Source: Nageia nagi (taxonomy: Eukaryota > Plantae > Pinophyta). From it: 64,000 nt of DNA. The stretch lies in the NCBI GenBank assembly GCA_050084985.1, contig JBITNC010000001.1, forward strand, positions 124,434,001-124,498,000, in the 5' to 3' direction. The translations under genes were made by a program, and so were the position numbers. This document shows positions 35,217 to 48,228 of the stretch, piece after piece. The notes below the pieces were generated by a model, which was given only the letters and a program-made list of their open reading frames with translations, did not search any database and was not told the origin of the DNA. The first letter of the stretch is position 1; each line of letters starts with the position of its first letter.

Positions 35217-38089
35217 ACTTTTTTTCTAAAGTTCTTTAAGTATTTATAATCTAAAGGTGGTATAATCCCTCCAAAATAGTTATTATTTATCCATCTCATC
35301 AATTTTATACCTAGGGTGTGGTTTTTTATTTTTTTGTGAGTGGTTAGGAATAATTTTGTTTGTAGGCTCTCATACCTTCCAAAAATAATTTTGCACCTAA
35401 CATTAGAAAATTATTTTTTTGTTAATCATATTGCACCTAACAAAAGGAGACAAGATGTGTGTGGTGTTCCTCTCAATTATTTTAGCAAGGAACCAAAATA
35501 GCCTTTTAACCCCCATCAAATGACAAGAAATCCTTTAACCTTAAATTTATCTTTCTCCTAAATTTTTATTATTGTAAAACAAAGTTCATTAGTAAAAATT
35601 TAAAATTTGAATAGGTGTAATATTCCTTGTTTGAAAAATTACCAATTTCAATTTTCCAAATAAATTCAAGAAAACATAATATATTTTTAGCATAATATTT
35701 ACCTGTGGAGGCCTCCCCATCCTTCAAGGGAAGCTTCATTAGTGTACACTCACACATACACAAGCATCACACATCTCATAAGGATCAAAACACAAAATGA
35801 TGATGTGCAACTATATGATCTATGAAGGTCCTTATGAGTCTGTCAGCAATTCAATACCAATCATTTCCTCTCTCTTACCAATTCATTCTCATAACCACTC
35901 ATCTTGGTTCCCTGGGATCTCCATGTTGATTCTCTTGATAATTTGACCCATTACCTATGTCATGAAAAATCTTGAAGCCAGCATCAATTTGTCACAAATA
36001 TAGCATATAATCATATTATATTAGTCAACTTATGTTCCCATTCATATTCAAATTTTTTGAAAGTAATGAAATTGAATATATCATTACAAAATTTTGGGAA
36101 GCATTCAATATTGAAGGTGTAACAGGGTCGTTACAACCAAGGCGTAAAAGGGGCAACATATATCATCAATCCTTTGATGATCGAATGGTTCTACAGCAAA
36201 ACTAGGTAGTATCAATTTTTTCTTCTATTTCTTCTTTACTTCCTTTGCAAACATGATTATAGTTCAAGATCATTTCATTTCATTATATTTTCAAAGGGGG
36301 ATATTTGTTGATACCTAATTTTGGTCCACCCAAGGTGGTCCTGCTTAGGTATTTTATTATGTTAATCTTATGTCATTAAGTGTTTTGTTATATTAATACC
36401 ATATTATATCAATCTAGTTAAGATAATTCCCATGCAATTTCATTTTTATTTATGCAAGGTACCCTAATGTCGATGCTAGATTCTATGTGGAGGTTGTCTA
36501 GCATATTTAAAGGTAAGTATGATTACATGGAAATGTATAAATATTTTATCTTGATTATTGATGCCTACATTTAGGTGTTTCTCAATGCTTCCTAATGAGA
36601 TTAGGATCTTGTTATCACACAAGCATATATATTATTCCATATTTAGTAATTATATGTTTAGATTAACTTATTAATACTCTACTATATATTAGCCCTTGGT
36701 TGCAAAATCTACTTTTGAGATGCTCAACTTCTGTACTATTGTACATGTCAACGCTACTATTTGGAGCTCTGCATTCGTGCTAGAGTTCTAGTTTTCATTT
36801 GGTATGGGGATTTGCATATCAAGATCACTATATTCAATAAGATCCTATCTTCACATAATCTTAATCATACCAAGTAAGGTTAATATATATGTATCAATCT
36901 CTTGATCCCTTTCTTATTAGTGTATCGATGTTATCTTGATCCAATAGTATAAGTATTGCTTTATTTATTTCCATTATATTATACTTCATATTATTATTCT
37001 TAAGATCGAATGTGAATGTTTAGTATAGTTTTTACCTAGGTTAATCTTAGGGGTCACTAAAAACATTTCAACAATTACATGCAACACTAGATCTCGAGCG
37101 GTGAAACTCCTCTAAAACTAGAGGAAAAATATATACTATATATCTCTCTTAAATTTTAATATTTTATTAAATCATATTAGAATTATAATAGTAACACTTC
37201 TCTGATGGTACTTATCATGTACATAATATATCATATGATCAAAGTGATTAACTTAAGATTACTAATAAATGGCACTCTTATATTCATGTGAGTCTATTAT
37301 AAATTCCATACAACATTTGTCATCAACATGACATCAACTTAGAGTTTGATATTCCATTACTTCAATTTACAAGCCACATATCAAAACACATTGATACTTC
37401 ACTAAGTGGACTACCTCTTAAGTTAGTCACAACTCACACCAGCATGCCACTTCCATAGGTGACATGCCACCTTAACAAGTGGACAATATAATGGAAAATA
37501 TTCATAAGTTAACATTTAGTAAAAATTTGGGCATAATATAAGAATAATATTCTTGATTCAACACAAGGATATATGTCCATAACAATAATAAAAATAAATT
37601 TTCCTAATTCGATACTCAATAAGGAAAATTTTAGCAATAATTCATAGCATTTTAAAAATTCTTATTTTGCTAAAGTGGCGAGCCCACATTTCCACCCACT
37701 AGCTGTAATTTTATTAAAAAAAAAATTTGAAAAGGGGGTATTATAGTCATTTTATTATAATATTAGATTAATTAATATTAAATCCATAAAAATTAAATGT
37801 GTTTTAGCCCATGTATCCTTGAATTTAAAAAAGCAAAATGAGTTTTGGCCCATGTAGCCTTGAAATTTTAAAAAATTTCATTTATTTTAAGCAAATAATC
37901 ATGGTATATAAACTAATTACGATCAGTTTTGGATTCAACATTCAAAAAATAGCCAATATATGTAATTTAATTTTCACAAAGTTGCTAAGTTTATGTAATT
38001 AAATGACATGAATTTAGCTACAAATCCACAAATTCTAAATGCTATGTTCAATAACCTTATTTTGTAATTTAAAATTTCTAAAAATATTA

Positions 38090-38345
38090 TGTTCCCATTC
38101 TACATGGCTCTATCATTTGACATGATTTGCCATCAACATGCACTACCATTCGACATGGATCTATCATTCAATATGCTTTACCATCAACATGCACTACCAT
38201 TTGACATGTTTTTCCATTCCATATGGCTCTACCATTCACAATGCTCTTCCATTTGGCATGGCTTTGCTATTTGACATTGATTTTCCATTCATAATGGAGT
38301 TTCCATTCAAAATACTCAGCCATTCAATATGGCTCTACTAATCAA
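38090..38345 (+). repeat. ~18-bp tandem array CCATTCGACATGGCTCTA upstream of the hAT ORF
   Basis: More than 10 degenerate units, with TCGACATGG, TTGACATG and TCAATATGG variants. Confidence 0.85.
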
Positions 38346-38591
38346 TGTATCAACCATTTTAATTAGAATTTTTGAAAGTATATGATCATATGCTTAATTT
38401 TATTACAAAAAGAAACAAAATCTTTGTAATAGATATGAAACAAGGCTTGGGATCAAAAGAGAAAGAGATATTATATATTATTTTAACCAACAATCAACAA
38501 GAAATAAATGTACAAATCTTTACTAGATCATTTAATTTCTTACGTAAATTTTAATTAATTATTAATTTTACTTGGAAAATCATCAAATGAC

Positions 38592-41160
38592 ATGGCTAAT
38601 GCAATAATGATAGACTAGGTAGATGATCATAGTGTAGCAAAAGAAGTAGCAAATGAAATAGTTGATATTGTGATAGACTATGTTGTTAAGCCCATATTAG
38701 TTGAGACTAAGGAAGACATAGATAATGATGATAATATGGAAGAGGACTTCATACATGTTGGATCTAAAGATGAATCTAATGAAAACTGAGATCCTCTAAC
38801 AAATGAATAAAAAAATAATAGTACTCCAAAAAATACTACATCAAAAAATAATACACCATCAAAAAAGGAGAATACATCAAAAGAGAATACACCATTTAAA
38901 AGGAATATTCCAATCAAATGGATATTCAAAAAGAATTTTTTACTTGAATGGGTTTCATAATATAATTAGGTTGATCTTGTATCCTCAAAAAACCTTGATT
39001 AGGCTCTTGCTATTGCAGATGCATTTCTTGCACTTAGAAATTAGGAAAGAATCATAAACTTCAACAGAAAAAAGATATTATTGAAGAACATTTGGGAAAA
39101 TTCTATCAAACAGTAGTTCAATTAGATAGATAAAAGACTATAGTAATAAAGTGGAATACTGATTTAGTACATAGTAAATACTATCAACAGTGCCAAAATT
39201 TTCTACTTTGGTAACTGAATCTTGAGGAAAAGAAAGGTACAATTAAAATCTCACTTGGTAAAGTTATGAAAGCTTCAATGTTGGCTAAGAGTGTTCAGTT
39301 CACTATTCTATTCAACTTTTCAAAATTTGGTAACTCCATTTCTAATTTATTGATTGGAAAGATTATTTTTCATGTATTGGTGTTTCTAACTTTCCCAACA
39401 ACCATTATTTAGAAACTAGTGCTTGAGAAATGGCTAAATACCTTGCAATGGTAGAGAGATAAGATTTGAGAGAGAAAATTAAACATTCATAATTTCTCTC
39501 TCTATCTATCGATGAGGTCACAATTGTTGATAATACCTCTTGGATTTGTATGCACATATATACTATTGAAAATCATTTGTGTTAATCAAATCTACTAATA
39601 GTCCATAAAATGGATGAGAGATGTAATTCAAAAAACCTTTTTAAAATTGTTATTACAATTTTGAAAGAAATAGCAGGAATGGATGATTATACAATAGCAA
39701 CTAAGTTGATTTGTATTAGATTTGATGGATTTGGCATGATGTAGGTTCACATAAATGGCTTGTGTGTTAAACTTAAAATGGTTGCACCATATATGATACC
39801 CATGAATTGTATGGCTCATAGAATGAATCTTGTATGTAAAATAATTCACAATTTTAACATTTTTTCAAAGGTTGAAGACCTAATAAAATAAATACATTTG
39901 TATTTTTGTCAAAGTACAAAGCGGTTTTTAGAATTTCAAGATATTATAAAAGGTATATCATAAGGTAATAATTTATTAATAGATATTGATATAAGATTAA
40001 TTTCATTATACAAACTAGCTCATAGAGTTTCTCAAGAGTATCCAACTTTAACAAGTTTGATGTGGAAAAATTGATTGGATAAGGTAAAGGATTGCTAAAC
40101 CTATTTAATAGATTTAGAAAAATTACTTGCATTATTTGGTATTCTTCTAATGTTGAGTGAGATGTATAATTTGATAAAAACAAGCTCAAGAAATATCAAT
40201 ATACATTTTTTATTTCATAAGTTTGAGAAAATAGGTATATCTTTCCTTAGATAACCTTTATACATCTTTATAATCTTTTTCAAGACCATAAGTTGATACT
40301 TGGAAGATCATAACAGATTTAAAGCATGATCAGATTTTTTTAAAGTTTGATTTATTTAATAACTTATGTATATCAATTCTTAGAACTGGGATACCAATAA
40401 AAGTTACTGAGAAAAGATTAGGTTTGATACAAGATATATGAAAAGTTTGTGTTACTAGATTGTTATTTGATAATACTAGTACTACAAGGATTAAATTAAG
40501 GAAAAATGTAGAATCTTTTATCAATCAAAATAAGATAATGGTTCTAAAGACATAAGGTGCTATAGGAAATGGTTATCATAAACCTAAAATTTTGGCATAT
40601 CTCTCCAATACTTTAAGAAAATACTATGAGGTCAATTTACCATAGAAGTTCGATGTCTTTAATGAGATATTTTTGTAAAACTACTAAGGTGAATAACATC
40701 AAATTCAAGGTATTTTGAATCTGAAATTTTTGAAAAATCAATCAACTCATTTTTCCCACATAATGATGGAACAGGTTTGGTAGGAGTTTGATTATGCAAA
40801 ATGTGGTGTAATAACAAGACTATGGAGAAAACACAACATCAGTAACATATTGCAAGATACAATTAGTGAGTATTTTTCATTATCTAACATGTGTGGGATA
40901 ATGACATTAGGATTAGTTGAGGAAAAAAGGGTATTTAAATCATTAAGTTTTGTAAAAAAATAAACATCATAACAAATTAGATAAAAATCTAGAAACTTAT
41001 TTAAGAATATGCATTTCAAGTTACAAAGTGAACAATTTTCCTTATGATAGGGATTTGAAAACTTGGAAGAGCATTCCAATCAAAAGAGGTATCACCAATA
41101 AGAGTATGCATTCTAAATATTATGAAACTAAAGATAATAACAAGTCAAGTAGAGAGGCAG
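38592..41160 (+). pseudogene. hAT-superfamily transposase pseudogene (ZNF862-like type)
   Basis: FLLEWVS*YN (zinc-finger start); FLSLSIDEVTIVDNTSWICMHIY (first catalytic D); ICIRFDG (DG motif); NCMAHRMNL (CxxH); LYFCQSTKRFLEF; C-terminal ISEYFSLSNMCGIMTLGLVEEKRVFKSLSFVK..FPYDRDLKTW (dimerisation region with the catalytic E). Confidence 0.88.
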
Positions 41161-41629
41161 TATATCTTTGCTTGGTAATTGAGACCAAGATATGCAAGAT
41201 TCTTGGGATTTACCATACTTTAATATTTAATTTTGTTTTACATTTCAATTAAAGGACTTTGAAATTTAAATTCATTAAGAATTTCTATTTATAATCTTTT
41301 GAATTTTTTAGTATGATATTTTTCTAGTTTAGTCAAGTGAGAATATGATTTATTTTGCTACATATTCAGAGTTGATATGATTTTTTTTTAATTCAAAGTT
41401 GAGTGAATATTCAAATTTTATACACATGGATAGTTTTAATTAATAAAATATTCATAATGTGACGTGTGGTAATAGATTTAAGTAAATACTAAAGATATTA
41501 TTGAGAATGAAAAAAAAAATTGGTATGATTTGTGTTGATTATTGAAGTTGTTATTGTGTAGTATATAGCTTTTAGCTATGTTGAATATGATATGTTTAAT
41601 TAAATATTTTAGGGAATATGATCTAAAAT

Positions 41630-41935
41630 GATTTGATCGACATGGAAAACACCCTATTATTCGACATGGCCAAAGCCTTATCATTTGATGGTGCAAACTC
41701 CTTGAGGTTCAATAGGGAAAAACCCCTTATCATTTGATAGGACCAAATCTTTGTCATTTGATAAGATAAAAGCCTTATCATTAAATAGGGTCAAATATTT
41801 ATCATTCAAAAAGGCTAAAGCCTTGTTGATCAACAAAGCCAAAGCCTTGTTGGTCAACAAATCCAAGGCCTTATCATTCAACAAAGCCAAATCCTTGTCA
41901 CTCGAAAGAGTCAAAGCCTTGTCATTTTTAGAAAG
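41630..41935. repeat. ~24-bp tandem array (AAAGCCTTATCATTCAACAA) between the convergent genes
   Basis: About 11 units; it starts with two TCGACATGG copies. Confidence 0.88.
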
Positions 41936-42399
41936 GTAATATTTTTCTTCTACTTTTTGAGAAATGGACATATTTCATCATATGTTTAAATAAAATAAAT
42001 TTTATCTATGTATGCAGAGGGAAAAGTGAAGATTGAATTGTCCTTCAAAATTTCAAGCAAATTAGGAACATTAGATCATAAACTATTTAAAAAATAAAGG
42101 TGCACATATTTCACATTTTTCTTTAATCATAATTCCATTTAGAATAAGCAAATCATGCACTTCAACATAGAGTTATATTTTTAAAAGTACATTTTTCATT
42201 CATAATTACATACAGAATAAGCAAATAGTGCATAAAATACAAGCATCATTCATCAATAATGTCAAATAATCCATAAAACATTAATCATCTTTCATAAAAA
42301 TCATTCATAAATATAATTTTCATTCAATAAGTATCTAATAAAAAATAAAATATTCATTGTGAAATAGTTACATGTAAATTATGCATAATATAAAATATC

Positions 42400-45152
42400 A
42401 AGGAGAATCTTTATGTGCATTAACAACTAGATTAGTCATAGCTATTGGATTATCATCAACAATTGGATTAATAGTTGCATCTAGAGTATCAGTTGAATCT
42501 GGAAGAGAGCCCTAAGTCATAAAATCACTATTAACCTCCTTTAACTTGCTAGCCAATTGAAATTGCAATCTAGCCTTCTCTTGTTCAAAATCTTTAGAAC
42601 TAGAAGCACATGCACCTAATACACCCTACCACCTTAGAATTTGCATCCCATCCAAATTATGTTCATGCATAATTTTACAAAGGAGTTTTTTTGCACTATT
42701 ACTACCTTAAATGGGTTGCTCCTTCCACGCTTTGGATTGCTTATTACATATAAATATTATTCATTTTAATTGGTGCTCTCAATTTTTTATAATTTTATCT
42801 ATAAAACAAGAAAAATAAAGTCATCATAAATTCTAATCAATAAAATTAATTAAAATTGAATTAAGGATAAAGAATTAAGATATTTATACCTTATACACAT
42901 TTGCTTCAGCTAAAGCAGTTTCAACATGAATCTTATCCATATCCCATTTGTTGAAATATACTTAAGCCTTGGTATTTAAGTTTTCACTTTAATTTAATAT
43001 TGTATTCAAAATTTCATCAGTGTGTGTGTTATCAGCTCTTATAGAATTAGATTTTGTAGCCAACTATATGGCATCAATTTTATTTGGCTTATGCTTCAAC
43101 ATTTTGAATAATTCTTCTCATTGTTCTCTTTTATTATAGTAGGAGATTATTTCTTTGATCAACACATTCACTCAAAATTCCCAATTTGTAATTACCTCTA
43201 AATCCTTTCCATATTTTTTTATTTAACTTTTACATGTATCTGCAATTAACATATATAAAGGAAAATCCAAATGGATGCTAGTATCTAGTATGAGGGGATT
43301 ATCAAAAATAACTATAATTTTAGCATTTGTAGCAAGCTTCTATGAGGTTGAGCCAAAATGTTGACTTGGATTGAAAGATCCTACTACCTCATTATTATCC
43401 CAATTAGATAAAAGTGGAATACAATCAAAAGGAATAGTTGACCTAAGGGGGAAATAAAAGTTTTTTAACACATGTCACATGTTGAATAGTGAAGTCATGT
43501 CAAATGGATAAAGCCCTGCCAAATGGACAAAGCCATGTCGAATGGCTAATTCATGTCAAATTAAAATAAGAATTCAAATAGGAAATTACCTTGAAATATA
43601 TTGTAAAATTGTGGAAAAGCTCAATGCTTATATTGAGCACTAATGACTTTTGGAGTTGGCCTACTGATTACTGAAGTTTATTCTTTAGCTACAAAGGGAT
43701 CAGTTCATTAAATAATTGGGATTTTACTTGGAGTTATATATGGAGGTTTCAAAGGCAACATCATATTCTTGATATTCTTCCCTCTTCTAGGTGGCATAAG
43801 TGTAGCTATAAAAAATTAGTTTGATTAATAAAATCAAAAATAAAAAAGAAAATGACTCCCAGTAAAATCATTCTCATGAGTTGTCTGAATGTGTGTGGGT
43901 CTTGACTAGGATCAAAAATAGTCATGCATGTAGCAGATGGTATTCTAGGGAGAGGAGGAGGACAAGGATGTCTTGATATCTGGCCAATTAACCTAGTTTT
44001 TATTCTTTTTTTATGGAGGAGATATTAGAAATTGTTCATTTTCATTATTCATATCAAAATCATCAAAAATAGTATATGCCATCTAATTATCCTTATTTTC
44101 CACATTGTCCTCTAATAAATGTGATCTTTTTGTAGATTCATGTTCCTTTTTTTAGGAAAATTACATACTCTTGTATAAAAATTTTAAAATATGAGTACAA
44201 ACAAACAAAAATATAATACAAAAAAGTGGTAGAAACTTACACTAACTTAAATAGTTGACATGGATGGTCACACATCTTATGCAATTATGCCTGTATATTA
44301 GAGGTTCACTATTTGGATCCTTCGTGATATTATAAAAACTTGGATAGTAAAGACACAACAAATAATTTGATGCATAGAAATTTCTTGACCCTATTGATTT
44401 TTTATGTAATATTAAACTCAACTAGGAGTTCAGCCTTTCAAAAACATAGGTAACCCAATCATACTTTTTCCCCATAAGGGCTCCTACCATGTATTTTAGA
44501 GCCCAAATAGAAAAATTAATGCTTCTTCCTTGAAGAATTAGATGAATCATGAAAAACTCAATAATAACATTAAAAATTTACTTTGAATAGATGAACATGT
44601 TATTTCATGACTGTAAGCTCTTTTCAAACCACCTAAAATATAGAAGAAAATAATAATTAAATGACACTCAAAACCTATAACATATTTAAAATGTAAACTA
44701 AAACAAAAATGATTTAACTAAAGTGGTGACTATTATAGCTCCCGGAAATGGATTCAAGTCAATATCAAATTTTGAAAAAAATAATTCACATTCCTCCATA
44801 TTAGGTGGTTGTGATTTTCCTCAAGTTTAAATGGAAATGATATTGAGAGGAATTGCAGTCAAATAAGAAATATCCTCAGGCTTAATTAAAAACCCAAATT
44901 GACATTGGTATTCCATTATAAAATTTAAATGATGATATGCTTCATTGTACGCTCCTAGCATAACATCTAGAAGTTGCTTTGAATCCTTATCTATCTTAAT
45001 CATCGAAATGTATATAATTCCCATAATAGAAGCATCCTCATCCCAATCATTCAGATATGGAGAATTAGGTTTACCTAGCATATCTTGTAAGTTGAGGTGG
45101 TAGAAGGATGTATTCTATAAAATAATGGGTTTTCTTTTGTAGTGGTTGACAT
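42400..45152 (-). pseudogene. Multi-exon gene remnant with a plant-mobile-domain-like N-terminus and a coiled-coil-like C-terminus
   Basis: Likely ATG at 45152. LLDVMLGAYNEAYHHLNF..FLIKPEDISYLTAIPL resembles PMD L..L.ERW...HTF....TITLEDV..L.GLP. The next exon (44632-44241) reads FMIHLILQGRSINFSIWALKYMVGALMGKKYDWVTYVFERLNS*L. GT/AG-bounded exons at ~43805-43590, ~43239-42890 and ~42798-42400. Confidence 0.6.
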
Positions 45153-45479
45153 TTCAATTTTTTTAAGGATAGTGAAACAGACTTAGATCAAATGCTATAG
45201 GGTAGACTAGAGAGATAATGGATGTTGTTAACAAAAAGTGATTAGGAGAGGAAGTAGAAGAGAAAATAATTTATGGGGATAAATTCTAGGAATTGAATGA
45301 CAAATAATACATGTTTACCTATTTATAATGGAAGGTTTAGGATTTGCATGTGGACATGTGTCATCATATGGTGTAATTAACCATTTATGAATTAATGTTG
45401 GATACATGTTAGCCTATTGTTAGAGGCATTAATAATGGTAGTTAGATATTAAAAATTGCATACATATCATTTCAATACC

Positions 45480-45860
45480 AGTTTCATGTCAAATGATTTG
45501 ATTTGTATTTCGCCATGTCCAATGATTTGACATGGAAAAAGCCATGTCAAATCATTCAACATAATATAAATCATGTTGAATGGTATAATATAATAAAATC
45601 CATGTTGAATTATTCAATATGGATTTTATCATATTGTATGATTCAACATGGATTTTGATTTAACATGGCTCTTATTCAACATGGTTTTTTCCATTTCAAA
45701 TAATTTGATATGGATTTTTCTATGTCAAACTATTTGACATGGCTTTCAATCCAACATGGTTTTTATTCGACATGATTGATGATGATTGATGATCTAACAT
45801 GGATTTAGCTTTGAAGTCATGTCTAATCATTCAACATAGCTAAAGCCACCTTGAATCAAT
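45480..45860. repeat. Array of CCATGTCAA/TTGACATGG motifs with an orientation switch at ~45612
   Basis: Left half mostly CATGTC/CATGTTG, right half TCAACATGG/TTGACATGG; central near-palindrome AAAATCCATGTTGAAT-T-ATTCAATATGGATTTT. Confidence 0.85.
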
Positions 45861-46999
45861 TCAATTTCTCCCCATGTGAAACATCTCTTCCACATATGTG
45901 AAAAATCTTATCAACTAATAATCTAACAAATTCTACCTTATCTATCAGTTAAAATGATAACTCATGCATGATAATTTTATATTAAATAGTTATGCTTCTT
46001 TCATTTTAACTCAGTCCTTTCTAATTCCTAATCTCCTATTACAATGTTTCTCTCTATTGGTGTAATTATAATTTAAAATAAATAGCTTGAAGATGATAAT
46101 CTACAACATCTTTTCAAACTTTTCAAGAATAGTGTTTCATGCATATCCACTACCTATAGATGCTTCTAATTCTTCTTCTAATATGGAAATCGGTAATAGT
46201 TTTATATTTTTTTATTTTCAATAAAAATTTTATGATCATGTTACATATCATATATATTTTATTCTTTTTACTAAATTTTTTGTAGAATTACACAATTTTT
46301 TTGAAACATTATTCTTGAAAATAAAGGTATCATATTTGAAGATTGCTTTGTTTTTATACATTATTGAATCCCTCAAAATATCATTTGGAGGAATATGAGT
46401 TCTTGTTGCTTCAAATTTCAACATCCTAGAAGAGACATCATCGTTCAAGGTGAAAATAACTACACTCGAAATAAAGATCAACTTTTCCATTACACCACTT
46501 CAAGAGGTATTAGATTTTGAATTCAAATCTATTAATTTTAGTCTAAACTTTTACTATCTTTGGTGAAGCCTTGGTGCAATTGAAAGGCTCACATGTTAAT
46601 AGTTGGATTCTAGAGATTCATTCCTTAGCAAGAAATGATCAACAATCATAAACAATATCTACTCTGTACTCAGATTTTAAAATATAATTTTTACATTATT
46701 TTGCAAAAAATTAATAATTAATTTATATTCAATTAAATCATTTTTAGATATCATTTCCAATTTACAAATTTTCATGATTTTTAAAAATATATAGCCAACA
46801 AAACTAGCAATATTTTTCCAAATATAGCTAGTTTGTTATATCTCAAGTTTCCATATAGCCAAGATTTTATATAGCAGTTTATCGAGTGGTGTCTTAAAAT
46901 TTACCTAAATACTTAGGAAAATCCTCAATAAACATTATAAGTTCCAACAAAAAAATGGATGAATATATGGTTTCCTTAGGTGTTTTGTTTCTATCTAGA

Positions 47000-47640
47000 A
47001 TTCCTAATGAACTCTAAGGATTTCTCTTGCAAAATTATGGTACAACACTTCTTATTATTCCTCCTTTAAGATGATATTGTATTAAACTTTGTATTAACAA
47101 CAGTCATTATTTTGACTTCATATTAAGCAAGGAGTTTCAAGGTTGAGGTGATCAATTCCTTTCTCTCCAATCTTATCAGTGTGATTTAAATCAATAAGGA
47201 TAACTTGGTCATAAGTTAAAATATAATGAAGGGGCAAGCTAAAAAAGATAGGACATAATAGTTTGACATTATAAACATAGTTTTTCTTTACCCAAATCCT
47301 TAAAAATAAATAGTCTTGAAATTAAAGGATCATCATAAACTCATTTCAAATTTTTATGGGTTGTAAAAAGTTATTCAAGAGGTAAGTTATAATTTGGATT
47401 TACTTCCAAACTCAAAGATCCACCTAAGAATTCCATGTATTATGCCATAAGAACATTAACAATAGTTGGATTCAAAATGGAATAATCTAAATTAGATGAG
47501 AAAGGCTTCTTAATCTATAATGTGGTAGTTATCATCAAACATATTACAATCACTTTTATATAATCAAAAAGGTACTTGTCTAGTGGAAGAAACTACAACT
47601 AGAAGATGTTAGTTAGAAATTTATTTAAGACCTTCAGCTA
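47000..47640 (+). pseudogene. Chromovirus Gypsy integrase C-terminus plus chromodomain remnant
   Basis: LKLKDHHKL..KFYG..SYNLDLLPNSKIH (cf. PKFYGPY..AYKL.LP..SKIH) and LDEKG..VLV*WKK (chromodomain-like). Confidence 0.6.
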
Positions 47641-48228
47641 TGGTTTCTTGAATTCATATAATGAATAAAAGTACATGATGAATTTATTATTAGTAACTAT
47701 GAACATATTATAAGAGATTGTAAGTAAAAATGTATATAAGAGAATGGATATATCAAGGAATATGCTACATATGACATATTTTTAATGAAGAATATTTTCA
47801 TTATAAAAGGACATGTATGCAAGCAGAGAGCCTTAATACATATAATTGTATTTTATCTAGCTTATTAAGAAGTTAACCCTTTGTAGAGGCCTATTATAAT
47901 ACAAGTGAAATGTATATATTTACCATCATTATTTTGCCATTTATTATGTTTAATTTCATTTATTTTCAATATATTATTTGTTATGCTCTTAAATAATTAT
48001 TATTAATAGAATTTATGTTCTATGCAAAACTAATTTTTATAATAAACTTTCTAATGTATATGCATATTTACTAAAAGCTTACATGGCAAGTATATAAATC
48101 AAAGACCTAAACTACCTAGATCTTGAAGGAATATATATTCTTGTAGGTGCATATAATTATATTATTCATATTCAAGGGGGTGTTTGTTGGAATATAACTC
48201 ATAAAAAAAATAAACAAAAAAATATTTT

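Larger units (their letters stand above)
28139..37073 (+). mobile_element. Non-autonomous Tat-related Gypsy element (gag only, no pol); 5' LTR truncated to ~80 bp, 3' LTR 36306-37073
   Basis: 28139-28220 matches 36306-36386 (TGTT..ACCTAATTTT..CCACC.AAGGTGGTC..AGGTATTTTATTATGTTAATCTTAT). PPT AAAGGGGG at ~36293. TSD ATTAT/ATTAC. Confidence 0.75.
37600..46920. mobile_element. ~9.3-kb two-gene TIR element: hAT-like transposase (+) convergent with a PMD-like spliced gene (-); boundaries approximate
   Basis: Both ends are homologous to the two ends of 60279-61277, in inverted orientation. Imperfect inverted ATTTTCCTAA..AGG(A/T)AAATTTTA lies at both ends. A shared motif array recurs inside. No TSD resolved. 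Confidence 0.65.

Noticed and set aside
38090-38345. Regular repeats here and at 41630-41935 as a possible CRISPR array
   Set aside because: They are head-to-tail degenerate units without unique spacers, there are no cas genes, and the context is a eukaryotic TE.
41681-41971. ORFs with periodic LxxDKAL peptides (LRR-like)
   Set aside because: They are a by-product of a 24-bp DNA tandem array that is open on both strands; there is no gene context.
46030-46680. Coding-like minus-strand stretch as a third gene of the two-gene element
   Set aside because: Multiple stops in the frames examined and no recognisable motif; it cannot be supported by eye.
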